Part shown: positions 26,061 to 41,428 of the stretch, in pieces | Numbering within the stretch: the first letter of the stretch is position 1 | Layout: each line of letters opens with the position of its first letter | NCBI RefSeq assembly: GCF_001194135.2 | Contig: NC_068999.1 | Location: 15,581,435 to 15,645,434 of the forward strand | Source: Octopus bimaculoides | Lineage: Eukaryota | Direction of reading: 5' to 3' | Length of the DNA: 64,000 bases | Program-made: the position numbers and the translations under genes | The notes under the pieces: generated by a model | The model's input: the letters and a program-made list of their open reading frames with translations, nothing else | Databases searched by the model: none | What the model was told of the DNA's origin: nothing

Positions 26061-26834
26061 ACAAGGAAGTGGAAACTTGGTTCAAAAGTTGAACAAATAA
26101 TTTTTATGGATACTTCTTGTTATGATAATTAGTCTTGACATGGAATGTGCATACAACTTGTCAAAAATCATAGAGAGTTTCCATTAACAGAAATTTGTAG
26201 AACATCATTCTGCACCCGTTGATACCATTCTACGTTTCTTGTAAAATTTCTAGGAATTTATCTAATGAACGCCGGCGATATCTGCCAGTTCAATAATTAT
26301 TTATGATATTCTCTTGTCACTTGGCAAGTCTTTGAGTAGGTAATTTCTTTCGAGCGACAATATTTGGATGGGCTATATATTGCAGGGAATTATGCACTAT
26401 CATGAACGAAATAACTAGTTTGCATACAATAGAGGAAAGATATCAGATTAAAAGCTAAAAGAAACATTGGATTCAACTCAGTTGAATATGCATTGACAAA
26501 ACGAGTCATTTGAATCAATTATTGTACAACGACACTCAGTACGGAGCCAAGCAGAACCTTTCGAACACCTGATAATATGCTTAGAATCATTTCTCCCGAA
26601 TTCACGACATTGATTTTGGCTGTCAGCTTTTGGGGTTCGGTAAATTCAATACGCAGCTCGATGTAAAATCGTTCCCTTCTCATGGCCTTATGTAAAATTT
26701 ACTCAGTTGATAAATGCTTCAACAATGTAACAATACTAACACTTTATTCAGCTAATAAGATACATAAAGACAAATAATGGATTATAGTAATTGTAGAGAT
26801 AAGGTCTAAACGTAGTGTCATGAATTCAATATAC

Positions 26835-26958
26835 ATATGTCTATGCGTGTGTGTGTGTATGTGTGTATGTGCGTGTGTGTGTATCTATCTATCTATCTAT
26901 CTATAGATGTATCTATCTATACATACATACATACATACACAGATATATATATACACAT

Positions 26959-27046
<88 letters not shown>

Positions 27047-27085
27047 ATAGATATACAGCTAGATAAATAGATAGATAAACAGACT
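26835..27085 (+). repeat. Compound microsatellite (TG)n(TATC)n(TACA)n(CA)n(TA)n
   Basis: Direct reading; representative of dozens of similar tracts in the window. Confidence 0.95.
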
Positions 27086-28531
27086 GACTAACAGATGTAT
27101 GTGTATATGCATATATGTATGTGCATGCGACAGTAAGTCTTCTAAGTTCAATGACAACTGTTAACACGTAGAAACTATAAATCGCTCTAAAATATTTCAC
27201 TTTCCATTACTTCATTATTCTGCTGCTTAATATTTTCGCAATTTAGAAAATCATAATTATGTTCGGTAGAATAACCAGACTATATGGGAAACAAGCCATT
27301 TTCAGAAATATAATCCTACGTAGGACATCAAATATAACTGGCCGTAGAAGGAGCTGATATAAATTATGTATTAATATCAAGCATAAATATTAGAGTTCGA
27401 AAAGGCATTTTGAAATGAATTAGGAGAAACTCACTTGGTAAGAAAATGTAAAATGTTGAAATACAATTTTAAATTACAAAAATCGTAAAAACTTCTAAAT
27501 ATTCCATAATTTGAATATCCATGATTTCAGCATGCACTACTAACTTAAATCCCAAAGGAAAGAACAGTTTTAATAACGTTTATGAAAGGACACATATATC
27601 TAATGTATACATCTAATATATATATATATATANNNNNNNNNNNNNNNNNNNNNNNNNNNNNNNNNNNNNNNNNNNNNNNNNNNNNNNNNNNNNNNNNNNN
27701 NNNNNNNNNNNNNNNNNNNNNNNNNNNNNNNNNNNNNNNNNNNNNNNNNNNNNNNNNNNNNNNNNNNNNNNNNNNNNNNNNNNNNNNNNNNNNNNNNNNN
27801 NNNNNNNNNNNNNNNNNNNNNNNNNNNNNNNNNNNNNNNNNNNNNNNNNNNNNNNNNNNNNNNNNNNNNNNNNNNNNNNNNNNNNNNNNNNNNNNNNNNN
27901 NNNNNNNNNNNNNNNNNNNNNNNNNNNNNNNNNNNNNNNNNNNNNNNNNNNNNNNNNNNNNNNNNNNNNNNNNNNNNNNNNNNNNNNNNNNNNNNNNNNN
28001 NNNNNNNNNNNNNNNNNNNNNNNNNNNNNNNNNNNNNNNNNNNNNNNNNNNNNNNNNNNNNNNNNNNNNNNNNNNNNNNNNNNNNNNNNNNNNNNNNNNN
28101 NNNNNNNNNNNNNNNNNNNNNNNNNNNNNNNNNNNNNNNNNNNNNNNNNNNNNNNNNNNNNNNNNNNNNNNNNNNNNNNNNNNNNNNNNNNNNNNNNNNN
28201 NNNNNNNNNNNNNNNNNNNNNNNNNNNNNNNNNNNNNNNNNNNNNNNNNNNNNNNNNNNNNNNNNNNNNNNNNNNNNNNNNNNNNNNNNNNNNNNNNNNN
28301 NNNNNNNNNNNNNNNNNNNNNNNNNNNNNNNNNNNNNNNNNNNNNNNNNNNNNNNNNNNNNNNNNNNNNNNNNNNNNNNNNNNNNNNNNNNNNNNNNNNN
28401 NNNNNNNNNNNNNNNNNNNNNNNNNNNNNNNNNNNNNNNNNNNNNNNNNNNNNNNNNNNNNNNNNNNNNNNNNNNNNNNNNNNNNNNNNNNNNNNNNNNN
28501 NNNNNNNNNNNNNNNNNNNNNNNNNNNNNNN

Positions 28532-28567
<36 letters not shown>

Positions 28568-29405
28568 TATGTATATGTATGTGTGCATATATATGTACAC
28601 ACACACATACACACACACGCACATATTAAAGTGTCCATATTACATGCTGATTACATTCACGCAGACAATCTAACGTCGGACATAGAACCATGCATATTTT
28701 TCCCTGGGACATGGAGCGTATATGGATATCGACAATGATCATATGGAGAAATCTAAAGTGCGTAGTACCGTGAAACACACAAGGAAAATTTTAAAAGAAG
28801 CATGCTTACACGGTAAATCATGGAACTCAAAACAGACATAAAAACATGTTCATTTACTATAAATCTTCGCTCATCTATGACCCTTTGCAATTAATTAAAA
28901 TAAGATGTTTGCCAGAGCCATACATTATTTTCATAACAAACGTCCTTAATACCAACAAAATAAATACACTTTACTAAATATCAATTTCAACAACGAAATA
29001 TAAAATATCTTGATATATGTTTCAAAAATCAGATGTTGTATATACGTTTTAGAAAGATCATTTAAAATCTTATATCTTCATTATTTGTTTCAAATACGAA
29101 CAAAAAAGAAAACTGCAATGATTAATTAAATATAATGAAATTGAAACCTCAACACCAAAATATAAATTAATTTCCAATTATGTAGAAGGATGATATATGG
29201 ATAAACCTTAAATAATTATTATATATTCAGTATTTCTAAATATCTCAAAATATACGAGAAAACCATTTGGGGTGATCAAATTTTGATAAATAAACATGCG
29301 TTATCGTGGCATATTGATTTGTGTCTACAATCTAAAATCTCTATATGTAAGTGATGTGTTCATTATATTTCTCTTATTACTCTTATGAAAATATCATATA
29401 TACAT

Positions 29406-29482
<77 letters not shown>

Positions 29483-32473
29483 ATATATATGCATATATAT
29501 ATGTATATNNNNNNNNNNNNNNNNNNNNNNNNNNNNNNNNNNNNNNNNNNNNNNNNNNNNNNNNNNNNNNNNNNNNNNNNNNNNNNNNNNNNNNNNNNNN
29601 NNNNNNNNNNNNNNNNNNNNNNNNNNNNNNNNNNNNNNNNNNNNNNNNNNNNNNNNNNNNNNNNNNNNNNNNNNNNNNNNNNNNNNNNNNNNNNNNNNNN
29701 NNNNNNNNNNNNNNNNNNNNNNNNNNNNNNNNNNNNNNNNNNNNNNNNNNNNNNNNNNNNNNNATATATTTATATACACACGTATATGTGATGTTTTAAT
29801 AAGTAGCAACTTTTAAAAGTATCTAGCAATCACTGAAACACAAAGACTTCACTAAAAGGTTATATGCAGACACGTCTTTATAATTTCAGACCCAATGCCG
29901 TGCTTTAAAGACAATTAAGTAATATGTGACTGATATTTACTAGAATTCAAGAGAGACATTGCCTCGAATTATTCCAAAATGTCAAATAATATCAAATCTT
30001 TATATTGTGAGCTAATGTCTATACATTAGTGAACCATGAGTGACTTGTGGCTGACTCATTCGATTGTATATTAGGATGTTACGTAAAATTGTGATAAAAT
30101 AAACATACTTAAAAAGAACAAAACAATAAGATTGTATATAATGATGAAAATAATGAGAAGAATAATAAGAAAATTACAATAACTACTAGGTATAAGATGA
30201 AGAAAACCAGCTAAGTATGACAAGCTAGAAAGTCAATAAAAGACACACACAACTACAGAATGTAAAGCTTAAGAACGCGCCTACTAATGCATAAAATAAC
30301 ATACAAGGCAATAAAACCTAATGGTAAAGCTCATTATATATTTGTATATACATACATGTATTTTTCGTGTGTTTGTGAGTGTATCTATGTGTATTTATGT
30401 ATGTGTAATTATATGTATGCATATATGCATGTATGCATGTATGAACAATATATTAACTGATCCTAATATGTAAGAAATAATTTTGTGATGTATATAGATA
30501 TATATCTCGTATGTGTGCATGCTGTGTGTACTATGTTTTAAAATTGCCAATTGCTTTCCTAGATATCCACCCCCAACTTTGTATAAACTTTATTATAGAT
30601 TATATAAGTTATAATTAATGAATAAAATGCCAATTTCATTTACACTAATCATAATTTTAATGTTTCATCCATCAAGTCTTAGCAAGCTTAAGCACATTCG
30701 CATGCATTCATATATACCAATGCATTGAGACATTCACACACACACAGACACGCTTACACACACACGCTTACACACACACACACACACATACACATACACA
30801 CACACACAAACACACACACACCCACACACAATTCTTTAGTTGCTCAGTGTTACTGTGTAGAATATTAATGGAGAAGATTACTCATAAGTAAGCAAATCGA
30901 TCCAAGTGCATGGGAAACCACTCAACTCTCAAATACCAGCACGCTTCTGCATCTCCTAGCAATTCATAGAACTGTTCCACAAACTTTCTTATAATACCCG
31001 GTCATTAACGAACTACGCTCTTAGCTCGGAATTTGATCAAGTTACACACACACACACACCAAAGAAAGTAACCAACCCAAAGTTTCACTAAGACGCAGAC
31101 AATCGCCACTTTCAAACAATGTTTTCATAAACCTCTTTTCCTTTCTAGAGTTCTGTCTTGTGAACTCTACTGTCACTTACAGAAGCACGAGTAACTTTGC
31201 GACTGGATACATCCATGCAACATTGAATGATGTATCAAAAGGGTGACTGCATCGCATTTTATCACATTTACAATGATGATGCCTTTCTACGAAAAGCCAT
31301 AAGGGCTTTGGATAGGCCCTATTAATGTCCCATTGAAATATAAAATTTTACCGTAGACGCTTTCCTCAGCTTCATCAACATCACCGCGTTGTTTTTCTTT
31401 CCGGCAGAGGTGAAAAATGATTTCTCTATCCAGAAATCGCATCGTCACAGAACTCAAAGTCACTTGAAAATCAAAATCTGCTAGAAACGAGCAAGCATCA
31501 TTAATGTATATATTTCGGACTGAGGTTCTACTGCTGTGATTCTAAAATGAGTTTTCTGAGATTGTGTGCGCCACAAAGAAGAGACCACCTGGAAGAACAC
31601 CTGAATAGAGACTATGTGGCAAAATGATTATGGAGCTGCCTGAAGGTGATTGAAAAACTTCAAGATATCAAGCTGAGGTTATCTTTAGATTGGAAGCCAA
31701 CTCATCTGCTGTCTATTTAGAGATGAAAAGGACAACGCAATAGATGGAAAATATATTTCAGTGGCCTCATTGATGCTCTGTCAATTGTTGGTGGATTAAA
31801 CTCGAGAATAATAACGCAGTAACTCAACCTGAACTACCCCCAAATTGTTCACAATGTTAACATAGACAAATGCTCCCGAAACTTCAGAAAGTTAGGCATG
31901 TTATTAAGACATTGGGCATTTCAGGATTTCAAAGGATTGTTTAACAAAGATGTGCTAACATATTTGGGGGGCCATGAGAGAAAATTAGTGGCCTCTACTA
32001 ATTTTCATCCAACCTAATAATAGAAGAGTGTTACCGACTTTTCAAAGCGGTCTAAAAATTTGTTTCGCAATCTGGTTCAGAGTTACTTGAAATTAGTGAA
32101 AACCAGAAGAAAAATAAACACAAACAATACTTGAATAAAAATTCCTTTGAAATAAATATATGAATATACATACATCTATGTAAATTACACACACGTAAAC
32201 ACACTCACATACAAGCACACAGAAACACACACACATACATAAGTATGAGTATTCATATATGCATGTATATATTTATGTATGTTTGTGTATCCGTTCTATA
32301 TTCTATTCTATTGTGGGGCCAAAGTTTTTGCGTGGGTATGGATGTGTGCATACTCAAGAGAATCGTGAGCCCAATCGTTGAAGAAACAGCGCTCTAAAAC
32401 CTATGTAAATACCGAGTAGCATGTCTACAATATTTAGTGATTATTGAAATATGTTTTTCTATACTCTAACATA

Positions 32474-32521
<48 letters not shown>

Positions 32522-33788
32522 AACACACACACACACACACATATNNNNNNNNNNNNNNNNNNNNNNNNNNNNNNNNNNNNNNNNNNNNNNNNNNNNNNNN
32601 NNNNNNNNNNNNNNNNNNNNNNNNNNNNNNNNNNNNNNNNNNNNNNNNNNNNNNNNNNNNNNNNNNNNNNNNNNNNNNNNNNNNNNNNNNNNNNNNNNNN
32701 NNNNNNNNNNNNNNNNNNNNNNNNNNNNNNNNNNNNNNNNNNNNNNNNNNNNNNNNNNNNNNNNNNNNNNNNNNNNNNNNNNNNNNNNNNNNNNNNNNNN
32801 NNNNNNNNNNNNNNNNNNNNNNNNNNNNNNNNNNNNNNNNNNNNNNNNNNNNNNNNNNNNNNNNNNNNNNNNNNNNNNNNNNNNNNNNNNNNNNNNNNNN
32901 NNNNNNNNNNNNNNNNNNNNNNNNNNNNNNNNNNNNNNNNNNNNNNNNNNNNNNNNNNNNNNNNNNNNNNNNNNNNNNNNNNNNNNNNNNNNNNNNNNNN
33001 NNNNNNNNNNNNNNNNNNNNNNNNNNNNNNNNNNNNNNNNNNNNNNNNNNNNNNNNNNNNNNNNNNNNNNNNNNNNNNNNNNNNNNNNNNNNNNNNNNNN
33101 NNNAAATGGATGGATTGTATGTCATATTTAAGTACCAACAATTTTAAACATATATACCATAGATTCGGATGATAAGTAATGAGATAGTGTATATAAACAA
33201 ATATTCACATATAGTCGATGACAAAATAGACACCATGCAGTAATGATTAAACATAGAAAACATGCACAATTTATCAAATATCAGTGAATTGAATACATAA
33301 ATATAATGGATGAGATAATACATAAAATTTATTGCTCAAAGCTGAAATGTTTGAGCGTTACTTTGAGCCACGTATTGAAAAGAAAATAATGTAAACCCAT
33401 AGCTAAAGATCACAACAAATTATATCGCATCAAAATGTAAATTATCTGTAAAACATGATGTATTGTTTGGCCTACTGTAGTAATCAGCTACCATAAACGC
33501 TAAAGAAAATGGACACTCTTTGCCAATATGGTACGCTTAATATATAAAATTTCAAATTGCATTTATGATCAAATTAACAAAGGATTAACTGCTCCACGAT
33601 GCAGATTTTGAACAATGTCACTCAATTAAAACAGATTGACACGCACGCACATGCGCGCGCACACGCATGCACACGCGCACACTAATATCTATCTGTCTAT
33701 TATTCATCTATGCACAATATACACACATATGAAATATACTCCAATACACAAATAATTTCATACAGACATACATTCACATAAACGTATG

Positions 33789-33828
<40 letters not shown>

Positions 33829-34485
33829 CACGCACACACACATAAACACACACACACACAAGCACACACACTCATATATATTGTATACCTATGTACGGGT
33901 GTATGCATGTGTAAGAGGCATCCCACGTTACAGGCGATTAACAGGCTCTTAAATGGGAAGCAGCGTAACATCAGACAACAAAAAAATTTCGCAGGCACAT
34001 CAAAATATAAGATAACAGTCCAATGAAAACGACAGCAAGTATACCTTCGTCTGTAATGATATCCGTAATATTTCAAAAGAGTGACGAATTTAGAGAAATA
34101 TATGTGACAAATGTTCATAGTGTGACACATTTTGATAGTGTGACAAATTTTGTAGTGTGGAACTTAAGCATAATATTTATTTACAGCTAACTTATCATAG
34201 TTTTATATGTTTGCGAATATTTATGCGAATATATTGTATCGCTAACTCAGTGCTTCAGTCATTCGAAGAATCACTTATGAGAAATTCTGTGTTACAACTA
34301 CATTTCAAGAAGCTTCAAGACATCATAGAAGACAGATTTCCTAATCCATGCATGGAGCAGATTATTCACCGTTTCTAAACACAGTCACCACTCCACACGC
34401 GAACGCACAGACGCACACACACAACGACCATTCGAGTACTCACCCACACACACTTATATCGCTCTTCTTCTCCCCTCTGTACATC

Positions 34486-34547
<62 letters not shown>

Positions 34548-36134
34548 TATATTCAGATACAGAGAGACACACACATATGTTAGCGGATCTACACATATGT
34601 GAAAGTAGTATGCATACATGTATTATTCTTATATGGACATATATATATAGTATTTGTTCTGCACCATTATATCTTCAAAGCAAATTTATATGGTAATTCT
34701 TTGTATTATAGAATGCTGGCATTTTATAATCTTATAAAGTTTGCGATAAGGAAACGCTATGATAATAATATTTCATATGGAAGTGACTTTATTAAAGATC
34801 TTTGTACCATATGCCAGTTATAACCTGAGAAATTTTATAGACTTTTCTCATTCGCGTTAAACAATTTACATTCTTCTCGTAAAATATTTTATAGCACTAC
34901 TGCAATTGGCGCACTTAATTTTCGAAACGCTTAATATGAAAATTAGTTTGCATAATTTCTATAAATTTCAAAATATTCCCTGGTAATCATTTAAAGGCTG
35001 TCTAAATACTTTAATAATAAAAGATGATATTCCATAAGTATCTGAATCGACCAATATACTCAGGAATTAATGTATGTATATTTCTTTCTTATTCTTTTCC
35101 CAGAGAAATGGCTACCTGCATCTTCTTAAGTGAGAAAACAGTCTTTTGTAAAATTTCAAACGATTTATCACAATCATCTACACTAAATCTCAAATCGTTT
35201 TGAAAAAGAACCAAATCATTTATAATTAAATTATGTATATTTTTTCGGCAATTATATATAATTGCTTGCTAGACAGTTTTTTTATAAATAAAATTTAATA
35301 TATTTTTTAGACACAATTACTACATTATCTTTGCTGGAAATGATTTATTGTTTTCGTATAATTTTAGCAGGAATAATGCTATTAATGTTTGGATTCAGTT
35401 CTGAAGATTTCCATTTTACAGAAGATATACTCTAAGATATAATCTTAGATCTTTAACCAAATCCTTAACTCCAAACCTACCAAAGTGAAGACTACAATTA
35501 CTAAGATGCCTAACTGAGAACGAGATCCCCATTATTAAAGCCAACTTACGTCACTTGTGTTGCTAGAACTATGGTAAATATTACAGTATCAAGATTATAT
35601 TCATATTTCCTAGTTCACAGAATACACGGATAATGCATTGAAACTACTAAACATCTCGTGAAAAATTGTTTTTAATGTTTAAATACTTACGGCACGACGA
35701 GAAAAATGCATAGCATATTTCAGATAACAATCTAGTTTGTGATTCCATGATGGATCAAATACACATCACGTAATTTAGAAATGTCCCTTAAGATATTATT
35801 GAACTTTCGACATTTACCACATCCGAATAAGGAAAAGAAAATTGTCATTGTTTAGTTGATATTATATTTTCCAAAGTTTCAGAAGTTTGAAATTGTTTGA
35901 TAGTAAATTTTTGTATAAATATTTATCGATATTTCACTGTAGTAAGACTGAACAATGGTCTAAAATTCCAAAAGATTATAAGCTTCGTAAAAGCATTTCT
36001 TGTGTAATGTATGTATGTGGATGAATATATTATCATTTCAGACAGTTTATTAGTTTCCTCTCTCTTTTTCTCTCTCCCTCACAATTTATCTATCTATCTC
36101 ATCTCTCTCTCTCTCTTTCTGTTTATATATATGT

Positions 36135-36166
<32 letters not shown>

Positions 36167-37994
36167 NNNNNNNNNNNNNNNNNNNNNNNNNNNNNNNNNN
36201 NNNNNNNNNNNNNNNNNNNNNNNNNNNNNNNNNNNNNNNNNNNNNNNNNNNNNNNNNNNNNNNNNNNNNNNNNNNNNNNNNNNNNNNNNNNNNNNNNNNN
36301 NNNNNNNNNNNNNNNNNNNNNNNNNNNNNNNNNNNNNNNNNNNNNNNNNNNNNNNNNNNNNNNNNNNNNNNNNNNNNNNNNNNNNNNNNNNNNNNNNNNN
36401 NNNNNNNNNNNNNNNNNNNNNNNNNNNNNNNNNNNNNNNNNNNNNNNNNNNNNNNNNNNNNNNNNNNNNNNNNNNNNNNNNNNNNNNNNNNNNNNNNNNN
36501 NNNNNNNNNNNNNNNNNNNNNNNNNNNNNNNNNNNNNNNNNNNNNNNNNNNNNNNNNNNNNNNNNNNNNNNNNNNNNNNNNNNNNNNNNNNNNNNNNNNN
36601 NNNNNNNNNNNNNNNNNNNNNNNNNNNNNNNNNNNNNNNNNNNNNNNNNNNNNNNNNNNNNNNNNNNNNNNNNNNNNNNNNNNNNNNNNNNNNNNNNNNN
36701 NNNNNNNNNNNNNNNNNNNNNNNNNNNNNNNNNNNNNNNNNNNNNNNNNNNNNNNNNNNNNNNNNNNNNNNNNNNNNNNNNNNNNNNNNNNNNNNNNNNN
36801 NNNNNNNNNNNNNNNNNNNNNNNNNNNNNNNNNNNNNNNNNNNNNNNNNNNNNNNNNNNNNNNNNNNNNNNNNNNNNNNNNNNNNNNNNNNNNNNNNNNN
36901 NNNNNNNNNNNNNNNNNNNNNNNNNNNNNNNNNNNNNNNNNNNNNNNNNNNNNNNNNNNNNNNNNNNNNNNNNNNNNNNNNNNNNNNNNNNNNNNNNNNN
37001 NNNNNNNNNNNNNNNNNNNNATATATATATATATATATATAAGTGTGTGTCTTTATTAGTAAATTTGAAGTCAAAAGTTTCACACAGACCGTCTGTTCGC
37101 CTCGATTAGCGTATCAAGGGACTACATTTATACCTGAAAACATCGTATGTTACAGCTGTTTTTAGCTGATTGAGCAATCTCACTGGCATTTTTATGGTAG
37201 CTCTTACATGTATGTGTATTTGCATGAGATTTGATACTTTGTATTTTACGGAAAATTGATGATACCTTTCATGAATATTCTTTTAATATGTTGTATAATA
37301 CGTTTCAAACACATTTACATGGAATCTCATAGAATGGCTTCGTTTACAGAATAAATAATGAAGTATTGCGAATCTAAGCACTAGACTTACTAACGTCCGG
37401 AGATTACCTGAAGTTATATTTTATAACATTATCGTTAGTGCACTAGAATGTATGCTGTATGCAACGCTACATCTATTTGAGAAAATCAATTATATGAGAT
37501 TCAACCACGCCGTTTTGTAATAGTTTCTATTCTTTCCTCTCTGGTACCGAAAAAAAAAAGATAAGAAAAGAACGCTATTTAATACTTACTGGACGAAATG
37601 CAATTCCATAGTTAAACACTAGTAGAATGATGTACTTGACTTTGTCAATATTAAGTAGTAAATTTGGTGTTGTTAACCGACCAGATGAAACCAATTTTCC
37701 AGAAGAAAAAAACGGAATTATCTCACTCTAACATAGAAACAGAAGTATTGAAAGAAATTGGGATTGATAGAGAACGGAAATTAATATCAACCTCGGTTAG
37801 AAACGATAAAAACGAATAAATAAAAGAGAAAGAAAAGGTGGAGGAGACTAGAAGAAAACCTTGTGTGCATATAAGCAAATATCTAATCAGATTGCTTTGT
37901 TAGAATTCTAGAGAAGTCTTATATTGGCAAATTGTGTCAATCAAGATTCAGATATTTTTATACATACGCATATGTCTATCCGCCTATCTGTGTG

Positions 37995-38029
<35 letters not shown>

Positions 38030-39384
38030 GTCTGTGTTTATGTGTGTGTATAAGTATATATTTATATATAATCTGCTGGAATTCATTGATCATATCGAGA
38101 TATAGATGGTGAACTTCATTTACTCTGTATATTCTCTATAGATTTAGCACGTGCAGTCAGACATTGCCTTCACAGATTTCAAAAATCTGTAACGGCAATG
38201 TCTGACCTTCTATCTCCCCTGTCTATATTTGTGATGAAAAATATCTAATATATTTGTCAAGCTTATGAATATATACGCATGTGTGCAATCCTGATGTGTG
38301 GTTGGTTCATACAAAACTAGAATATTTTACAATGTTGCAGAGGTATACAGTGTGGGTGGCATTACGGATCCTTCACCATGCAAATAAATATGAAGAGCTA
38401 AGCTTATTTGCTATTCACCACGATCCCCTATTCAAATATAAATTGCAGATTGACAAACATTTCATTCAGATGATGTATGTTATGTGTTTTCAATTAATGG
38501 AAGCGCACGGTACCGTAAGACGCACATAAACTCACCCAGGAAATGGCCATCTTCTGTACGTATTTTAATTACAAAATTCTACCAATCGTTGGAAAAGGTT
38601 AACCCCCACGCACCACCACCATTATTACCATTGACCACACATTGAAAAAAACTATTGTCCGTAGTAGCCTGTGCAGTATCCTCGTAGTTATGAAGCCAAG
38701 TTCTTGCTGACAGGTTTATACAGGTACCTGCATATCTTCACTGAACGTGTGTAAAAACCTTTAAATATACTTCAGCCGCATTCTTTTCAACGTAACTGAA
38801 TTCAACATACATTGAACATAACGTCCATCTCCCAGTAAAGGAAGACTATGGCATTGTATGAAATAATTATTATCTAACTCATTTTATCAGTCACTACGTT
38901 TTCACTTAAATTTTGTTTAATTTATATTCACAAATGTCTCCTTTTGACGTTTATTAGATTAAGAATGGGAACACATTTTTTTTATTATGCTTCTAATGCA
39001 AATTTTACTATTAATGCTAAATACAAAGATGCATCGACAATAATAAAGGAATGCCGAGTATTGTCGCTCACTTTCACTAGTATTAGCCATTGGTCTGCAG
39101 TCTCTATTAGTCATGATTATAATGGTCTTCATATATTATATATATCCAGACCATTACTTATTGCCTCCCTGATATTATCCACCTGTATTCTTAGAATGGT
39201 TGATCTCTGTTTGAGTTACGTACCTCTGTATGCTGTTGCCTATTCTTAAGGAGTAAAAGAAAAAGAAATTTCCACAGAAGTACGCACGTATATATATAAA
39301 TAACCACATGGATTCAGACACAAGCACACTTACATGCTCAAATGCATACTTGTGTTTTTGAGTTTCTGTGTTTGTGTGTTTGTG

Positions 39385-39429
<45 letters not shown>

Positions 39430-39463
39430 GAGGTGTTTTCCACAGTCTCAGCTAACCTAATTT

Positions 39464-39960
39464 TACGAGAGTGGGTTGAAAAGTTTGTAGTCCAACTAAG
39501 GAATGAAGCTAAAGCTGTGAGATCCTACAGGCATTCATTTCAACTCTTGTTCTTGATAACTGCATTGCTTCTGTTCAGGTAAATTGATATCTGACTGGTC
39601 AAAGAAGACTTCAATTGTAACTAGTAGCTACTTGTTTTGAAAATGGACAAAATTTGGCATCTTGGTATTATTAAGTCTCCAAGGCATCCAGGCTGAAATG
39701 GCTGCTACATCAGAGGATGGTGTTCCAGCTTTATCAATAGTGCAAAAGTTGGCAGCTGAATTTAGAAGGTAAAAGAAGTGTCTTGAAGCTGATCCAACGG
39801 CTGGAAGTGCAACAACTGCTACCACAGAAGAAAACATCATCAATGAAGGAAGGAGGGACTGGATAATACAAACCAACCTTACAAAAGCATAATGTATTTC
39901 GGTGACCACCATTCGAAAGATTTTGCTCCTAGGTCTGCTTCATGAGCAAGAAGCTGTTTC
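39464..39960 (+). mobile_element. 5' fragment of a second, different mariner family
   Basis: Starts TA-CGAGAGTGGGTTGAAAAGTT, resembling a mariner TIR. The degenerate N-terminal HTH reads MDKIWHLGIIK...AEMAATSEDGVPALSIVQKLAAEFRR*KKCLEADPTAGSATTATTEENI. No right TIR is seen. Confidence 0.75.
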
Positions 39961-40076
39961 CAAACAATAAAATGAATACATAAACTGTAGGGCACTTGGT
40001 AGAAGACAAGTTATTTTATAGAGCATAATAAACACAAATACGCTATTATCGGAAAATACTTCAACTACGTAAATGG

Positions 40077-40147
40077 TTTGGTTTCAAAGTTTGGTGCAGT
40101 GTCAACAGACTCCGAAAGGATGAAAAGATAACTCGACCTCGGTGGAA
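40077..40147 (-). mobile_element. Deleted SINE family B fragment between the two mariners
   Basis: ttggtttcaaagtttggtgc and gaaaggatgaaaag..tcgacctcggtggaa are reverse complements of family B 3' and central modules. Confidence 0.55.
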
Positions 40148-40190
40148 CACTATTCTGTATACATCTTGATACAAATATATCACTAAAATA

Positions 40191-41428
40191 TCAGGCTGTG
40201 TAAAAAGTGAGCAAGATTTTGAAACATGAAATTCGTCACAATTTATTTCAACAATGCATAAGTTTTATTCATCAAAGTAAGCACCATTACAATCAACACA
40301 TTTTTGCCAACGCGTTACAAGTTTGTTTATTCTGGTAACATAAAAATCTGGAGTCTTGGAGCTGATGAACTCTTTGAAAGCACTTTCAGCATCGGTTTGA
40401 TGTTTTAACTCCTCTCGCAGGAAACTATGAAGGTGCTTGAAAAAGTGGCCGTCGGTAGGAGAAAGGTCTGCAAATAAGCTGAGTGGGGAAGAACTTCGTA
40501 ATCGAGTTCCCTCAACTTCTGGAGCCTCATTAGTAAAACGTATGGTCGAGCATTGTCATGAAGAATGATTGACCCTCTTCTATTGACCAGTCTGGGACTG
40601 AGTAGTAGTGCTTTTTCGTTCATTTTGGTAATTTCATGGTAATATGTTTTCTCAGTAATGGTTTTCTGGGTTTTAAGAAGTTATAGTGGATGGATGAGAC
40701 CAGCAGTACACGACCAAACAACCACCATAACAAATTTTTGGAAGAGCTCGGGTTTAGGGAAAGTTTTGGGTGCTTCAACCAATGCGAAGAACGCTTTTTA
40801 TTATTATGCAGAATCCACTTTTCCTCGAAAGTTAAAATACGGTCGAGAAATGGATTGGTCTGGTTACAAAGAAGAAACGACGCGCAAATTTCATATCTGC
40901 ACATTTTTTTACTTTCATTCAAATCGTGTGGCACCCATTTGTCGAGCTTTTTTGATTTTTCGATCGCATGCAAATGGTTGTAGGCAGTTTTCTGTCTAAC
41001 TTGAGGTTCTTTTGCCAGTGTTTGAGTGGTTTTACGTGGATTTTTCTCAATGACGGTCTTCAATTGACCGTCATCGATGACCGACAGGCATCCACACGCT
41101 CACGAACATCAAAGCTCAGCTCTCCACTCCGGAATAACTTAAACCATTTTTGAGCTGACCACTCACTGGTCATTTCCTCACCAAACGTTGCCCTTTTTTT
41201 TTCTTTAAAGTTGAATAGCAAAATTGCTCGAATATCATAGTTGACATTTTGAGATAATTGTAACAACTGCGAAAAAAATATCAATGTTAATTTATTGATG
41301 CATTTGGGCAAATCTGTGTCTATATTATCAGATAATTCCGAAAAAATGCTTAAAACATTTTTAAACTGATAAAATCCGATACCAATTCTTCATGGTTCAA
41401 AACGTTGCTTACTTTTTACTCAACCTGA
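40191..41428 (-). mobile_element. Near full-length decayed mariner (Tc1/mariner, DD34D-type) DNA transposon, 1238 bp
   Basis: Imperfect ~40-bp TIRs (tcaggctgtgtaaaaagtgagcaagattttgaaacatgaa vs reverse complement tcaggttgagtaaaaagtaagcaacgttttgaaccatgaa) are flanked by TA at 40189-40190 and 41429-41430. Frameshifted transposase pieces: IRAILLFNFK, WFKLFRSG, KKLDKWVPHDL, FLDRILTFEEKWILHNN, ILHDNARPY, EVLPHSAY/(S)PDLSPTDGHFF. Confidence 0.93.

Noticed and set aside
38340-38420. Minus-strand HIYLHGEGSV resembling the neuroligin V.IHGES motif
   Set aside because: The surrounding residues do not match, stops flank it, and there are no suitable splice sites.
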